Source: an uncultured Chloroflexia bacterium (GTDB lineage: Bacteria > Chloroflexota > Limnocylindria > Limnocylindrales > CSP1-4). From it: DNA of 64,000 nucleotides. Shown piece after piece: positions 31,131-41,540 of this stretch. The position numbers were made by a program, and so were the translations under genes. The notes beneath the pieces were generated by a model that saw only the letters and a program-made list of their open reading frames with translations, searched no databases and had not been told where the DNA came from. The DNA lies in assembly GCA_963746845.1 (NCBI GenBank), contig CAVVCZ010000001.1, positions 224,001-288,000 of the forward strand, in the 5' to 3' direction. Numbering within the stretch: the first letter of the stretch is position 1; each line of letters begins with the position of its first letter.

Positions 31131-31685
31131 ATGCGAGTGACGATCGGTGGGTCGGCAAGAGGGCTGGCCGCGGTCCTCGTCTCCCTGAGCCTTGGCCTGG
31201 CGGCCTGCGGGGGTTCCGGTACGCCAGCTCCTGGTGCGAACGGAGGCGCCGGCGCATCCAGTGCGGCCGCGGGCGGCGGTGCCGCGGGTGCCTCGACGGA
31301 CACGGGCGGCGCAGGGGCCGGATCCACGGCGGGCTCGGTCACGGGCAGCCTTGTGAGCTCCGGCCTCTACAGCGCGACGTGGACGTGGCAGCCCGACCTG
31401 TCGGCGGACATCGGCACCAGCGGCACGACCATGAAGTCCGACAAGGGGACGTTCGGGAACATCTCCGTCCTGGAGGACGGCTCGATCATCTTCACGAGCG
31501 GTGCGCCGGAGCTCAAGTCGGGCTCCTACAAGGGCACGGGTGCGCAGGTCCACATGAAGGACGCCGACGGGACCCAGCTCCCCTGCGGATGGACGCTCGA
31601 CAACGACGTCACCGGCACGGACGGCGTGATCCACCTCAAGGGGACCATGGACGTCATCGGCACGATCTGGGGTTGCCCGGGCTGA
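31131..31685 (+). CDS. Putative lipoprotein
   Basis: Signal peptide with lipobox LAAC, G/A/S linker, beta-rich domain with two Cys. Confidence 0.7.
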   Translation: MRVTIGGSARGLAAVLVSLSLGLAACGGSGTPAPGANGGAGASSAAAGGGAAGASTDTGGAGAGSTAGSVTGSLVSSGLYSATWTWQPDLSADIGTSGTTMKSDKGTFGNISVLEDGSIIFTSGAPELKSGSYKGTGAQVHMKDADGTQLPCGWTLDNDVTGTDGVIHLKGTMDVIGTIWGCPG

Positions 31686-31704
31686 TCCCCTGCAATACTC
31701 AGGC

Positions 31705-32388
31705 ATGCCCGTTCGCACGGTCATCGAACATGGGCCCAAGGACAAGCGGTCGGTCGCCTTCAGCCTCGACTGGCCGGGGTGGAGCCGTGGCGCGAAAACG
31801 GCGGAGCTCGCCCTCGAGACGCTCGAGTCCTATCGGGAGCGCTACCGGCCCGTCGCGGATCTCGCCGGAATGGCCCGCGAGTTCGACGCCGCCGGGCCCC
31901 TCGAGATCGTGGAGGACCGGATCGGCACGGGTTCGGTTGACTTCTGGGGCATCTCCTTCTCGCCCTCGTCGACCGAGCACGGGCCGATGGATGAGGCGGA
32001 CTTCGACCGCGCGATCACGATCCTGCAGGCCTGCTGGGCGTTCTTCGATGGCGTCGCCGCACGGGTCTCGCCCGAGATGCGCAAGGGCCCGCGTGGTGGT
32101 GGACGCGACCGCAACCGGATCATCCGCCACACGATCCGCACCGAGAGCGAGGACTTCGCCAAGCAGGTCGGGCTCCGGATCCCGGAGGAGGCGGCGCTGA
32201 CCCCGGACGGCCTGCGCCAGCATCGGGAGACCTACGTCGCGGCGATGCGCGCCTACAACGCCGGCCAGATCGAGAAGCGGATGCGGTCGTGGACCCTGCC
32301 GTTTCTCATCCGACACTCGGCCTTCCACACGCTCGACCACGCGTGGGAGATGGAGGACAAGGACCTCACCGGCGAGGACGGCGCCTGA
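31705..32388 (+). CDS. Conserved hypothetical protein (DinB-like helical C-terminus)
   Basis: WPGWSR, RDRNRIIRH, HTLDHAWEMED; clean coding codon usage. Confidence 0.7.
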   Translation: MPVRTVIEHGPKDKRSVAFSLDWPGWSRGAKTAELALETLESYRERYRPVADLAGMAREFDAAGPLEIVEDRIGTGSVDFWGISFSPSSTEHGPMDEADFDRAITILQACWAFFDGVAARVSPEMRKGPRGGGRDRNRIIRHTIRTESEDFAKQVGLRIPEEAALTPDGLRQHRETYVAAMRAYNAGQIEKRMRSWTLPFLIRHSAFHTLDHAWEMEDKDLTGEDGA

Positions 32389-32669
32389 CCCTCGACGGGA
32401 CCTGTCTCAGCTGGTCCAGGCCGCGTCGTACCTGGACTGCGTCAGGCTGAACCAGTTACCCGCGTCATCCCGCAACGGTGCCTCGACGCCGCAGGGCCGG
32501 TCGGCCGGCTCCTGGTCGAATCACGCCGATCGTCGCTGGCCGATGGATTGGTGACGATTGGCACTTACGTGGCTTCATCGTCGATCGACAGACTGGACCC
32601 TGCGAAAGCGATAGCGGCCGACTCTGCGGCCGTCTCTCGAGCACTTGCCGGAATGATCGGAGCCAGGAG

Positions 32670-33416
32670 ATGAACACGAACCGAACGATCGCCGTGGTCG
32701 CAGGAGTGGCCTTCATCATCGCGACGGTTGCCCAGCTGGTGGGCGTCGCGCTGGTGTCCCCGATCCTCACCAAGCCGCTCGATCTCACGAGGATCTCGGC
32801 CCACGACAACCAGGTCCTCCTGGGAGCGTTCTTCCAGTTCATCGGAGCTCTGGCATGTCCCGGAATCGCGATCGCCCTGTACCCGGTCCTGCGGAGGTCC
32901 AGCGAGGGTCTGGCCCTTGGATCGGTTGGCTTCAGGACCATCGAAGGGACGCTCCATGTCCTGATCGCGATGTGCCTGATGTCGCTGGTGACCCTGAGCC
33001 AGGAGGCTTCGAACGCCGCGACCGCGGGTTCGGCGGCCTTCCAGGTCCAGGCAGCGCTGGTGATGGCGGGGCGAGAGTGGCTGGGTCCCTTGTCGGTGTT
33101 GACGTTCGGCCTCGGGGCGCTCGCGTACTACTGGGTGTTCTATCGGTCGCGGCTCGTCCCTCGGTGGCTGTCCGCCTGGGGTCTCGTGGGCGTCGTCATG
33201 GTGATGGTGTCCGCCCTGCTGGTCGTGTTCCAGGTCATCGAGGCCTTCTCGACGACCCAGATCGTCCTGGCTCTGCCCATCGCCGCCCAGGAGATGGTCC
33301 TGGCCGCGTGGCTGATCGCCAGGGGCTTCAACCCATCTGCCATTGCTGACGAGCGGACCGGTGAGACCTCGCGGCGACCGGCTACCACGGGCACGACGCA
33401 GGGGTTGGCGGCGTAG
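32670..33416 (+). CDS. DUF4386-like integral membrane protein
   Basis: SD AGGAG; about 6 TMs, LYPVLRR, SRLVPRWLSAWGLVG, EMVLAAWLIARGF. Confidence 0.7.
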   Translation: MNTNRTIAVVAGVAFIIATVAQLVGVALVSPILTKPLDLTRISAHDNQVLLGAFFQFIGALACPGIAIALYPVLRRSSEGLALGSVGFRTIEGTLHVLIAMCLMSLVTLSQEASNAATAGSAAFQVQAALVMAGREWLGPLSVLTFGLGALAYYWVFYRSRLVPRWLSAWGLVGVVMVMVSALLVVFQVIEAFSTTQIVLALPIAAQEMVLAAWLIARGFNPSAIADERTGETSRRPATTGTTQGLAA

Positions 33417-33480
33417 CGGCACGAGCATCGCAATGTGCGCTGGTGTCGTGGGCTGCGTCGGCTGGGCCAGCACCGCGATC

Positions 33481-33610
33481 ACCGGCAATCGAGGTGATCG
33501 GGGAGCGGATCGCGCCGAGCGCGCGTGCCAGTTCGCGACCCGCTCCCCGGCGGTTGGCCCGGCAGTGCCGGACCTTCGGAGGGTGATCGCCCGGGCCACG
33601 AACCGGCAAT
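33481..33610. other. Double-hairpin intergenic element flanked by 9-bp direct repeats
   Basis: Stem 33499-33514/33534-33549 (15/16 bp), stem 33555-33562/33591-33598, ACCGGCAAT at both ends. Confidence 0.45.
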
Positions 33611-33629
33611 AAGGCATTCGCCCTAGTCG

Positions 33630-34856
33630 TCAGCCGACGGCGTTCGGCGGCCCCGCCTCCCCGTCGGCCGGTGCGTGAAGACCCGGCCACGACGTGTCCG
33701 GCGGAAGTCCGCGCCCGAACGCGAGGACCCGGAACCGGCCCATCGCGGCCGGATCGATCATCCGGACGAGCGCCGATCGTGCCTCGAGGTACGACTGCAT
33801 CGTGACCCCCGGGCGGGTCTGCTCCTCGACGAGCAGCTCGCCGATCCCGAGCCGGGCAAGGAAGGTGTCCTGGGTCGTCGTGCCGAGGTGGTCCAGCCCG
33901 GCCGACGCGGCTGCTCGCTCGACCGCGGTGACGTCGATGTGCGCCGTCAGGTCCTGCCGGCCGATCGCCCGGTACGGATCCTCGCCAACCCCGTGGCCGA
34001 GGTAGGTCGCGAGCGTGCCCGCTGCCCGGCGGCGCGGGTCGTACAGCTCGACCGCCGGATGCCCGTAATCGATCAGGAGCAGCACGCCCCGGCGCAGACC
34101 GGCCGCCGCCCGCGCGACCCAGCCGTCGACGGCGAGGCAGATCTCGGCGTGCTGGCCGTCGGCGAGGCCGATCCCCTCCGCGGCCAGCCGTTCCGCGATC
34201 GCAACGGTCGACGGATCGGTCTCGACGTCGACCAGGTGGCCCGCATCGGACATCCCCACCCGGACCTCGCGGAGGGCATCACGGCGCTGGACAACGCGGT
34301 GCGTCGGCAGGGCGTCGAGGACCTCGTTCGCGATCGCCAGACCCTCGATCGGCTCACCGTCGTCCGGCGCAACCGTCACGGTCCCGGGCGCCAGCCCGAG
34401 CCCGGACAGCCGATCCCCGAGGGCCTCGACCCGGCGCGGATCGACCTCGTCGACGAGGTAGTGGACCGTCCGTGGCGGCACGCCGCCGGTCTCGGGTGCC
34501 TCCCGACGGACGAGCGTTTCGACGAGCGGAGCCGCGAGCGCCCCCTCGCCGGCGCCGGACTCGCGGATCGTGAACGCCGCGGGCGACCCGACCGCGGCAT
34601 GGACCGCGGCGGCGAACCGCGCGATCGCCCGACCGAAGATCGGGTGGGCCTCGGGCGCGGTCAGGAAGTCGCCCGCGCGGCCGGGCCGCGCGTTCGCCGA
34701 CCGGTAGTAGCCGCGCGTCGGGTCGTAGAGCGCGATCTCCATGAACCGGGCGAACGTCAGCGGGCCGTCACGGCGGATCTCGGCGTGGATCGCCTCGAGC
34801 AGGGCGGGGTCCGAGGGGACGTCGGCCGGCGGGGGCGGGACGCGTCTCAGGTCCAC
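33630..34856 (-). CDS. MidA/NDUFAF7-family SAM-dependent methyltransferase
   Basis: GPLTFARFMEIALY..GYY, GDFLTAPE, ANEVLDALP, IDYG, QDLTAHID; GGAGG before GTG 34856. Confidence 0.85.
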   Translation of the reverse strand: MDLRRVPPPPADVPSDPALLEAIHAEIRRDGPLTFARFMEIALYDPTRGYYRSANARPGRAGDFLTAPEAHPIFGRAIARFAAAVHAAVGSPAAFTIRESGAGEGALAAPLVETLVRREAPETGGVPPRTVHYLVDEVDPRRVEALGDRLSGLGLAPGTVTVAPDDGEPIEGLAIANEVLDALPTHRVVQRRDALREVRVGMSDAGHLVDVETDPSTVAIAERLAAEGIGLADGQHAEICLAVDGWVARAAAGLRRGVLLLIDYGHPAVELYDPRRRAAGTLATYLGHGVGEDPYRAIGRQDLTAHIDVTAVERAAASAGLDHLGTTTQDTFLARLGIGELLVEEQTRPGVTMQSYLEARSALVRMIDPAAMGRFRVLAFGRGLPPDTSWPGLHAPADGEAGPPNAVG

Positions 34857-35902
34857 GACGCCGTCCTCCCGAGGGCGAGCCGAAGCCCGGGTCCGACGAG
34901 CGTGTGGCCGCCGAGCACGATCGGGATCCGCGCGTCTGCGGCGCTCGCCGTCAGCTCCCGGAGCCAGCCGTCGGCGATCCGTTCGTGGAGCAGCAGGTCC
35001 GACCCGAACCGATCCGCGGATGAGGGCCAGCCGGCCTCGTCCCGGCCGGCCCGATGCGCGAGCAGCACGCGGGTGTCGACGACGGCGGCGTCGCCCAGCT
35101 CCCCGAGGATCGTGCCCAGACCACCCGGCCCCGACCGATCCAGCGCCGCGCCGAGGATCGACCGGGGCGGGCGCTGTCCGGCGACGCCGGTGCGGAACCC
35201 GCGCTCCTCCACGAGTGCCCGGGTTCGCACCGCGGTGTGCCGCTCCAGCCAGGCGAGGGTCGTCGCCGACGTCCGGCCGGCGACGACCAGCTCGGCGGCG
35301 GGATCCTGCGCCACCGAGCGAACGAGTCGCAGCCGTCCGACGACGCGGTCGACGACACCGGCCGGTGGCGCCGGCGCCGGGACCCGGCCGGCCATCAGGA
35401 CCACGTCCAGCGGCCCGTCGACGTCGAGCCCGAGGCGCCAGCGCCGGCGCAGGTCGTCGACCCGGTATCCGGCGATCTCGGACAGCCAGCGGGGGAGGGC
35501 ATTGTCGGTCGTCAGGTCGGGCAGGACATCCAGCCGCGACGCCTGGCTGACCGCGATGACATCGGCCGAGTACCGATTGTTCGCAAGTGCCACGGGCGCC
35601 CCGGAGGCGGCGGCCTCGACGAGCTCGCGCCGATCCGCCGCGGTCGCCAGCGGGATCGCACCCGAGCCGAGCACGACGACCCCACCCGGCCGCCGTTCCG
35701 CCACGAACGCGCGGAGACGCGCGGCGAACGGCAGGTCGTCGGGTGGCCCGCCCGTGATCGTCACGTCCGAGGCGCCGGCGGCGAGGAAGCCGGCGCGGTG
35801 CCGTTCCGCGATCGCGGCCCGGGCGGCGCCGACCCATCGCTCGAGCTCGCCCGCGCGCCCGTCCGGCTCGGGGTGCAGGATGAGCACCGCGACGTCGGTC
35901 AT
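34847..35902 (-). CDS. CofC-like / GT-A-fold nucleotidyltransferase-like protein
   Basis: VLGSGAIPL, NNRYSAD, LDVDGPLD; TAGACT 7 nt before ATG. Confidence 0.5.
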   Translation of the reverse strand: MTDVAVLILHPEPDGRAGELERWVGAARAAIAERHRAGFLAAGASDVTITGGPPDDLPFAARLRAFVAERRPGGVVVLGSGAIPLATAADRRELVEAAASGAPVALANNRYSADVIAVSQASRLDVLPDLTTDNALPRWLSEIAGYRVDDLRRRWRLGLDVDGPLDVVLMAGRVPAPAPPAGVVDRVVGRLRLVRSVAQDPAAELVVAGRTSATTLAWLERHTAVRTRALVEERGFRTGVAGQRPPRSILGAALDRSGPGGLGTILGELGDAAVVDTRVLLAHRAGRDEAGWPSSADRFGSDLLLHERIADGWLRELTASAADARIPIVLGGHTLVGPGLRLALGRTASWT

Positions 35903-35943
35903 CGGCCGGAGTCTAGTGGAGCGGAGGGCGGGCCCTGAGGCGG

Positions 35944-36555
35944 GTGCGGGCGTACATCGGGCTCGGAGCGAATCTCGGCGACGCCCCGGCGACGATCGCC
36001 AACGGGATCCGGGCGCTGGCGGCGCTCCCGGGGGCCCGTCTCCGGGGCGTCTCGAAGCTGTACGCGACGACGCCGGTCGGCGTCGTCGATCAGCCGCGGT
36101 TCCGGAACGCGGTCGTCGCGCTCGACATGCCGGCCGGGCCGGATCCGGCGACGGGCGCCGTGGCCCTGCTCATCGCCCTGAAGCAGCTCGAGCGCGCGTT
36201 CGGGCGCCGGGATCGCGAGCGCTGGGGCCCGCGCGAGCTCGACCTCGACCTGATCATGTTCGGGCGGGCCCGGCTCGCGCTCGATCGTCCGCCCGAGGGG
36301 ATGTCCCTCGACCCCGGCAACGCCGATCGCCTGCTCGTCGTCCCGCACCGCGACGCCGGGGAGCGGCTGTTCGTGCTCGCCCCGTGGAGCGACATCGCGC
36401 CGGGCCTCGTTCCGCCCGGTTGGCACGAGACCGTCGCGACGGCCGGGAGGCGCCGACGCGCCGTCGAGGGGGACACGGCCGTCGAGCCGGTCGCGACCTG
36501 GGACGCCGACACCCGCACCTGGCGGCCGATCGCGGAGGAAGGGAGAGCCGGCTAG
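35944..36555 (+). CDS. folK: 6-hydroxymethyl-7,8-dihydropterin pyrophosphokinase
   Basis: AYIGLGANLGD, QPRFRNAV, WGPRELDLDL, VPH..ERLFVLAP. Confidence 0.9.
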   Translation: MRAYIGLGANLGDAPATIANGIRALAALPGARLRGVSKLYATTPVGVVDQPRFRNAVVALDMPAGPDPATGAVALLIALKQLERAFGRRDRERWGPRELDLDLIMFGRARLALDRPPEGMSLDPGNADRLLVVPHRDAGERLFVLAPWSDIAPGLVPPGWHETVATAGRRRRAVEGDTAVEPVATWDADTRTWRPIAEEGRAG

Positions 36556-37061
36556 CCGTCGGCCCCCGGCGGCTCGATCACCCAGTCGTTGCAGGTCATC
36601 CAGTGCCCCTTCGGGTACTCGAACCGCGCGGCCCCGAGGAGACGCATCCCGACCTTCCGGCAGATCGCGTTGGACGGCGTGTTGTCGACGCTCGGATCAG
36701 CGTGGACCGGACGGCGGGCGGCGGCCCAGGCGGCGTCGATCGCCAGCCGTGTCGCCGCGGTGGCGATGCCCCGGCCCTGGAACTCCGGGAGGACGAACCA
36801 GCCCGTCTCCCAGACCGCCTCGCCACCCTCGTCCCGCTCCCAGTACCCGACGGACCCGGCCGCCGCCCACTCGGGCCCGACCTCGACCACGAACATCTGG
36901 CCGCCCGCCGGGTCGTCCAGTTCCAGGTATCTCCGATGCCGGGCGAGGATCTGCTCCTCGGTCTCCGGACCGCCCAGGTGCTTCGTCATCTCCGGATCCG
37001 CGAGGAACCGCCGCTCGAGCCAGAGATCGTCGGGGCCGTGCGGGCGGAGGCGGACATCCAG
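36552..37061 (-). CDS. GNAT acetyltransferase (RimJ/RimL-like), probable CTG start
   Basis: ETGWFVLPEFQGRGIA, DNTPSNAICRKVG; the N-terminal DVRLRP is preceded only by CTG codons. Confidence 0.8.
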   Translation of the reverse strand: MDVRLRPHGPDDLWLERRFLADPEMTKHLGGPETEEQILARHRRYLELDDPAGGQMFVVEVGPEWAAAGSVGYWERDEGGEAVWETGWFVLPEFQGRGIATAATRLAIDAAWAAARRPVHADPSVDNTPSNAICRKVGMRLLGAARFEYPKGHWMTCNDWVIEPPGADG

Positions 37062-37075
37062 GACGACGCGGACCC

Positions 37076-37795
37076 TCAGCCGCCGAGGAACCGCGTGGCA
37101 AGCGCCGTCTCGGTCGCGCCGCCAGACCCGTCCGGCTCCACCCGCCAGGCGCCGGCCGACGGGTCGGACGTGACGACCTCCACCAGATCCCGGTCGCGGA
37201 AGACGAGCGCCGCTCCGTCGTCGACGGCGTAGCCGCCCGGCAGCGTCCCGTCCGCGACGAGCCCCAGGTACAGGGGCCGGCGCTGTGCCTCGCCGTGGTA
37301 GTGCGGGCTGAGGCTGCCGCTGAGGATGCCGAGACCCCCGTGGAGCGGGCGGAGCGTCGGCCCGAACGAGTCGGTCGTGCACGACTCGAACCAGCAGATC
37401 GCGCCGGCGGACATCCCGGCCATGACGACGCCCGCGTCCCAGGCCCGGCGCAGCACCGCGTCCAGCCCATGGAGCCGCCAGAGCGAGAGCAGGTTCGCCG
37501 TGTTGCCGCCGGTGACGTAGACGGCATCCACGCCGAGGACGGTCGCCTCGAGGTCCTCGGCGGTTCGCTCGAACAGCCGCAGCACGCTGGGTTCCGCCCG
37601 CTCCGCGAACAGCCGCTCGAAGTCCGCGATCAGCTCCGGGTCGTCGCGCGTCGCGGTCGGGATGAGGCAGATCCGCGGCCGGTCGCGACCTGATCGCTCG
37701 CGCGCGAGGTCCACGACGACGTCGTCGAGCAGCAGGTTGTCCGGCTCCATCTGGAACCCGCCGCCACCCATCGCGACGATCGTGCGGGCGGTCAT
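37076..37795 (-). CDS. Peptidase E (S51) family
   Basis: MGGGGF, IPTA, YVTGGNT, GMSAGA, PHY. Confidence 0.88.
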   Translation of the reverse strand: MTARTIVAMGGGGFQMEPDNLLLDDVVVDLARERSGRDRPRICLIPTATRDDPELIADFERLFAERAEPSVLRLFERTAEDLEATVLGVDAVYVTGGNTANLLSLWRLHGLDAVLRRAWDAGVVMAGMSAGAICWFESCTTDSFGPTLRPLHGGLGILSGSLSPHYHGEAQRRPLYLGLVADGTLPGGYAVDDGAALVFRDRDLVEVVTSDPSAGAWRVEPDGSGGATETALATRFLGG

Positions 37796-37808
37796 CCGCG
37801 CCCGAGGC

Positions 37809-38795
37809 TCACAGGCGGACGGACGGCGGCCGATCCCGGTCGAACATGTGGACCGTGTCGACGAACCGGACCTGCTTGGCCTGGTAGGCCATGACGAGCG
37901 AGTGGGTCCGGGCGCCGCCGCCGAAGAACCGGACGCCCTCGAGGAGGTCGCCGGCCGTGACGCCGGTGGCCGAGAACACGAGGTTCTCGCCGGGCGCGAG
38001 GTCCTCGGTGTGGTAGACCCGATCCTCGTCGCCGTGACCCATCGTCGCGCCGCGGGCGCGCTCCTCGTCGCTGCGGTAGCGGAACCGGGCCTGGATCTCG
38101 CCGCCGAGACAGCGCAGGGCGGCCGCCGTGATGACGCCCTCCGGTGCGCCGCCGATGCCCATCACGGCGTGGACGCCGGTGCCGGACACCGCGGTCGAGA
38201 TCGCCGCCGACAGGTCGCCGTCGCTGATCAGCTGGATCCGCGCGCCCGCGGCCCGGACCTCGGCGATCAACGCGTCGTGGCGCGGCCGCTCGAGGATGAC
38301 GACGGTGATGTCGCGGACCGCCCGGCCGAGGGCTGCGGCGATCCGTCGGAGGTTCTCGGACGGGCTCTCCCGGATGTCGATCGTGCCCGCCGCCACGGGT
38401 CCGACGCACAGCTTCTCGAGATAGGTGTCGGGAGCATGGACAAGGCCGCCCTTCTCCGAGGCGGCGAGGACGGTGATCGCACCCGCCTGACCGTGCGCCA
38501 CGAGGTTCGTGCCCTCGAGGGGGTCCACCGCAATGTCGATCTCGGGGTTGTCCTCGACCCCCGCCGGCGTGCGGCGCCCGACCGGCTCGCCGATCCACAG
38601 CATCGGGGCTTCGTCGCGCTCGCCCTCGCCGATGACGATGCGACCCGAGAACTCGATCTCGTCCATCGTCCGGCGCATCGCCTCGACCGCCGCCCGGTCC
38701 GCCTCGTCCTTCTCACCGCGGCCCATGAATCGCGCGCTCGCGAGTGCCGCCGCCTCGGTGACCCGGACCATCTCGAGCGCGAGGAGTTGTTCCAT
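37809..38795 (-). CDS. glpX: Class II fructose-1,6-bisphosphatase
   Basis: [32 protein letters not shown]. Confidence 0.95.
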   Translation of the reverse strand: MEQLLALEMVRVTEAAALASARFMGRGEKDEADRAAVEAMRRTMDEIEFSGRIVIGEGERDEAPMLWIGEPVGRRTPAGVEDNPEIDIAVDPLEGTNLVAHGQAGAITVLAASEKGGLVHAPDTYLEKLCVGPVAAGTIDIRESPSENLRRIAAALGRAVRDITVVILERPRHDALIAEVRAAGARIQLISDGDLSAAISTAVSGTGVHAVMGIGGAPEGVITAAALRCLGGEIQARFRYRSDEERARGATMGHGDEDRVYHTEDLAPGENLVFSATGVTAGDLLEGVRFFGGGARTHSLVMAYQAKQVRFVDTVHMFDRDRPPSVRL

Positions 38796-38817
38796 GGGCC
38801 CCCAGCCTGACCTCCGG

Positions 38818-40365
38818 TCAGTGCCGGAAGTGCCTCGTTCCCGTGAAGACCATGGCCAGGTGGTGGCGATCCGCAACCTCGATCGCCATCTCGTCGCGGA
38901 TCGAGCCGCCCGGCTGGATGATCGCGGTGACGCCGGCCGTCGCCGCCATCTGGATCCCGTCCGGGAACGGGAAGTAGGCGTCGCTCGCCATGACCGCGGT
39001 CCGGGCCCGGTCGCCGGCCCGCCGGACGGCGATCTCGACCGAGACCTGGCGGCTCGCCTGGGCCGCACCGATCCCGACCGTCGCACCGTTGCGGGCGAGG
39101 ACGATCGCGTTCGAGCGGACGTGGCAGACCGTCCGCCAGGCGAACAGCAGGTCGTTGAGCTCGTCGAGGGTCGGCCGGCGGCGGGTGACGACCTGGAGCC
39201 GGCCGCGGTCGAGGCCGACCTCGTCGAGGCTCTCGACGAGCAGACCGCCGGCGACGCGCTTGAAGTCGAGGTTCGCGATGCCGTAGTCGCGCATCCCCTC
39301 GGTGGGGTCCGGCGGGATCGCGAGGATCTCGAGGCCGGTCTTGGCCTTCAGGATCCCGACGGCCGCCTGGCTGTAAGCAGGGGCGACGACGGCCTCGTAG
39401 CTGTTCGCCGCGATCTCCCGGGCGGTCGCCCCGTCGAGCTCGCGGTTGACGCCGACGATCCCGCCGAACGCGGCGACGGCGTCCGTCTCGAGTGCGTGCC
39501 GGTAGCCCTCGACGAGCTCGTCCGCGGACGCGACCCCGACGGGATCGGTGTGCTTGACGATGGCGACCGTCGGCGCGGTGAAGTCGCGCGCGATCCGGTA
39601 CGCGGTGTCGAGATCGAGGTAGTTGTTGAACGAGGGACGATCGCCGCGGAGCTGGGTCGCGTCGGCGAGCGTGCCGCTGCGGTGGGTGGTCTCGCGGTAG
39701 AAGGCCGCCCGCTGATGCGGGTTCTCGCCATAGCGCAGGTCGTCGACCTTCTCGAGGACGACAGCCAGCCGGTTCGGGAACGTGTTGTTCGAGATCTGGT
39801 TCAGGTACGCCGCGATCTCCGCGTAGTAGGCCGCCACGAGACCGAACGAGTCGGCAGCGAGCTTCGCGCGGAGCTCCGCGCTGACCGCGTGATGCCGGCG
39901 CAGCTCGGTGACGAGCTTCGGATAGTGCTCCGGGCTGCCGACCGCGGCGACCCCGGCGGCGTTCCGGGCGGCCGCGCCGAGCAGCGCGGCGCCCCCGACG
40001 TCGATCATCTCGATCGCCTCGTCGATGCCGACGAGCTGGGCCCCGACGGCCGGCGCGAACGGGGCGACGTTGACGACGACGATGTCGATCGCGCCGATCC
40101 CCTGGTCGGCCAGCTCGGCCATCTGGGCGTCGACGTCGCGGCGGGCGAGGATGCCGGCGTAGATCGCCGGATGGAACGTCTTGACCTGGCCGCCGATCAG
40201 GGCCGGGAGGCCGGTGAGCTCCGACACGGGCCGGACATCGATCCCCTCGGCGGCGAGATGGTCGCGGGTGCCGTCGGTGGCGTAGACCTCGATCTCGAGG
40301 GCGAGGAGGTCCCGGGCCAGCGTCGCGATCCCGTCGCGGTTGGCGACCGACAGCAGGGCTCGCAC
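38818..40365 (-). CDS. purH: Bifunctional AICAR transformylase/IMP cyclohydrolase
   Basis: [49 protein letters not shown]. Confidence 0.93.
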   Translation of the reverse strand: MRALLSVANRDGIATLARDLLALEIEVYATDGTRDHLAAEGIDVRPVSELTGLPALIGGQVKTFHPAIYAGILARRDVDAQMAELADQGIGAIDIVVVNVAPFAPAVGAQLVGIDEAIEMIDVGGAALLGAAARNAAGVAAVGSPEHYPKLVTELRRHHAVSAELRAKLAADSFGLVAAYYAEIAAYLNQISNNTFPNRLAVVLEKVDDLRYGENPHQRAAFYRETTHRSGTLADATQLRGDRPSFNNYLDLDTAYRIARDFTAPTVAIVKHTDPVGVASADELVEGYRHALETDAVAAFGGIVGVNRELDGATAREIAANSYEAVVAPAYSQAAVGILKAKTGLEILAIPPDPTEGMRDYGIANLDFKRVAGGLLVESLDEVGLDRGRLQVVTRRRPTLDELNDLLFAWRTVCHVRSNAIVLARNGATVGIGAAQASRQVSVEIAVRRAGDRARTAVMASDAYFPFPDGIQMAATAGVTAIIQPGGSIRDEMAIEVADRHHLAMVFTGTRHFRH

Positions 40366-40536
40366 CCGGGTTGACCCTCCTCCACGCGACCGGCCACGGA
40401 CGCGACGCGCTCGTCTCGCGGCCGAGTATAGCGCGGGCCATGGCATACTCCGACACCGGCGCCGGCCGAAACCCGGCCCCGTCGTCGCCCGCCGCGCGAT
40501 CCCGCCGGCGGGCTTCCATCGAAGCGAGGATCGACC

Positions 40537-41007
40537 GTGCGGTTGCCCCCCTGGGAGTACCTGTTCACGAGGTTCAGCGTCCACACGTTCCCGGACCTGT
40601 ACACGCCGATGTGGGTCGCCGCGCTCGGCCTCCTCGTCGTCCTCGTCGTCCTGTACAACATCCGGACCCGGGCCCTCCACCGCCACGCCGTCTATCTCGA
40701 CATGTGGGAGTGGCTGCTCTGGACGGGGATCTCCCTGTTCGGCCTGATCCTCGTCGCGGCCGGGTTCAACTTCTACTTCATCGTCCTGCTCGTGATCATG
40801 GTCACCGGGCTGTCCGTTATGGTCTGGGTCCGGTTCATGCACTTCCCGCCGCTGTTCGAGGCGTACGAGCAGAAGATGGCCAAGCAGCGCTACTTCACGC
40901 GCCAGAAGTTCTCGCACCCCGAGGCGACGATCCGGCCGAAGGGCAGCGCGAGCAAGACCGCGGCGGCGAGCCGAACGCGCGCAAGTCGGAGCCGCAAGCG
41001 CCGCTGA
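40537..41007 (+). CDS. Hypothetical membrane protein
   Basis: Three TM segments, basic tail, strong GC3 bias. Confidence 0.75.
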   Translation: MRLPPWEYLFTRFSVHTFPDLYTPMWVAALGLLVVLVVLYNIRTRALHRHAVYLDMWEWLLWTGISLFGLILVAAGFNFYFIVLLVIMVTGLSVMVWVRFMHFPPLFEAYEQKMAKQRYFTRQKFSHPEATIRPKGSASKTAAASRTRASRSRKRR

Positions 41008-41030
41008 GCGGCGGGCAGGGAGCCACCGGG

Positions 41031-41504
41031 ATGCCGATCGAGGTTCAGCGGTTCGGGGTCGGGCACCGGCGCGCGGACGGTCCGGCGGGTACGACCGGGG
41101 TCTCCGGCCAGGTCATCCACAGCGACGGGCGGGGCGTGATCAGCGAGCTCGCGTTCGCGCGCAACGGGCGGATCGAGCCCCACACCAGCCCGAACTCGGC
41201 CTGGTTCATCGTGATCGAGGGCGGGGGCTGGGTCGTCGTCGATGGCGAGGCGGCCCGGGTCGCCGCAGGTGAGGCGGTCTTCTGGCCGGCCGACATCCCC
41301 CACGGTGCCTGGGCGGACCACGGCCACATGCGAGCCTTCGTGGTGGAGTTCGCGGGCGCGGACGACACGGTGACCGGGCGGCTGATCGAGGGCGGGCCGG
41401 TCGTCGAGATCGCCGAGCGGCTGCCGGTCGAACGGGGCATGGGCGCGCTCCGCGGCGACGGACCGGAGCCGCCGCACGACCCGGACGCGGGCGAGCCGCA
41501 CTAG
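41031..41504 (+). CDS. Cupin-domain protein
   Basis: PHTSPN..FIVIEGGG..GEAVFWPADIPHGAW; GGAG before ATG. Confidence 0.75.
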   Translation: MPIEVQRFGVGHRRADGPAGTTGVSGQVIHSDGRGVISELAFARNGRIEPHTSPNSAWFIVIEGGGWVVVDGEAARVAAGEAVFWPADIPHGAWADHGHMRAFVVEFAGADDTVTGRLIEGGPVVEIAERLPVERGMGALRGDGPEPPHDPDAGEPH

Positions 41505-41540
41505 GGTCGGGCGAGCCCCGACCAGGGTCGGCGAGCGCGG

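Noticed and set aside
40366-40440. ZTP (pfl) riboswitch upstream of purH
   Set aside because: Only about 55 nt of leader after the TATACT -10 and no GCCUGGGC-type 3' motif
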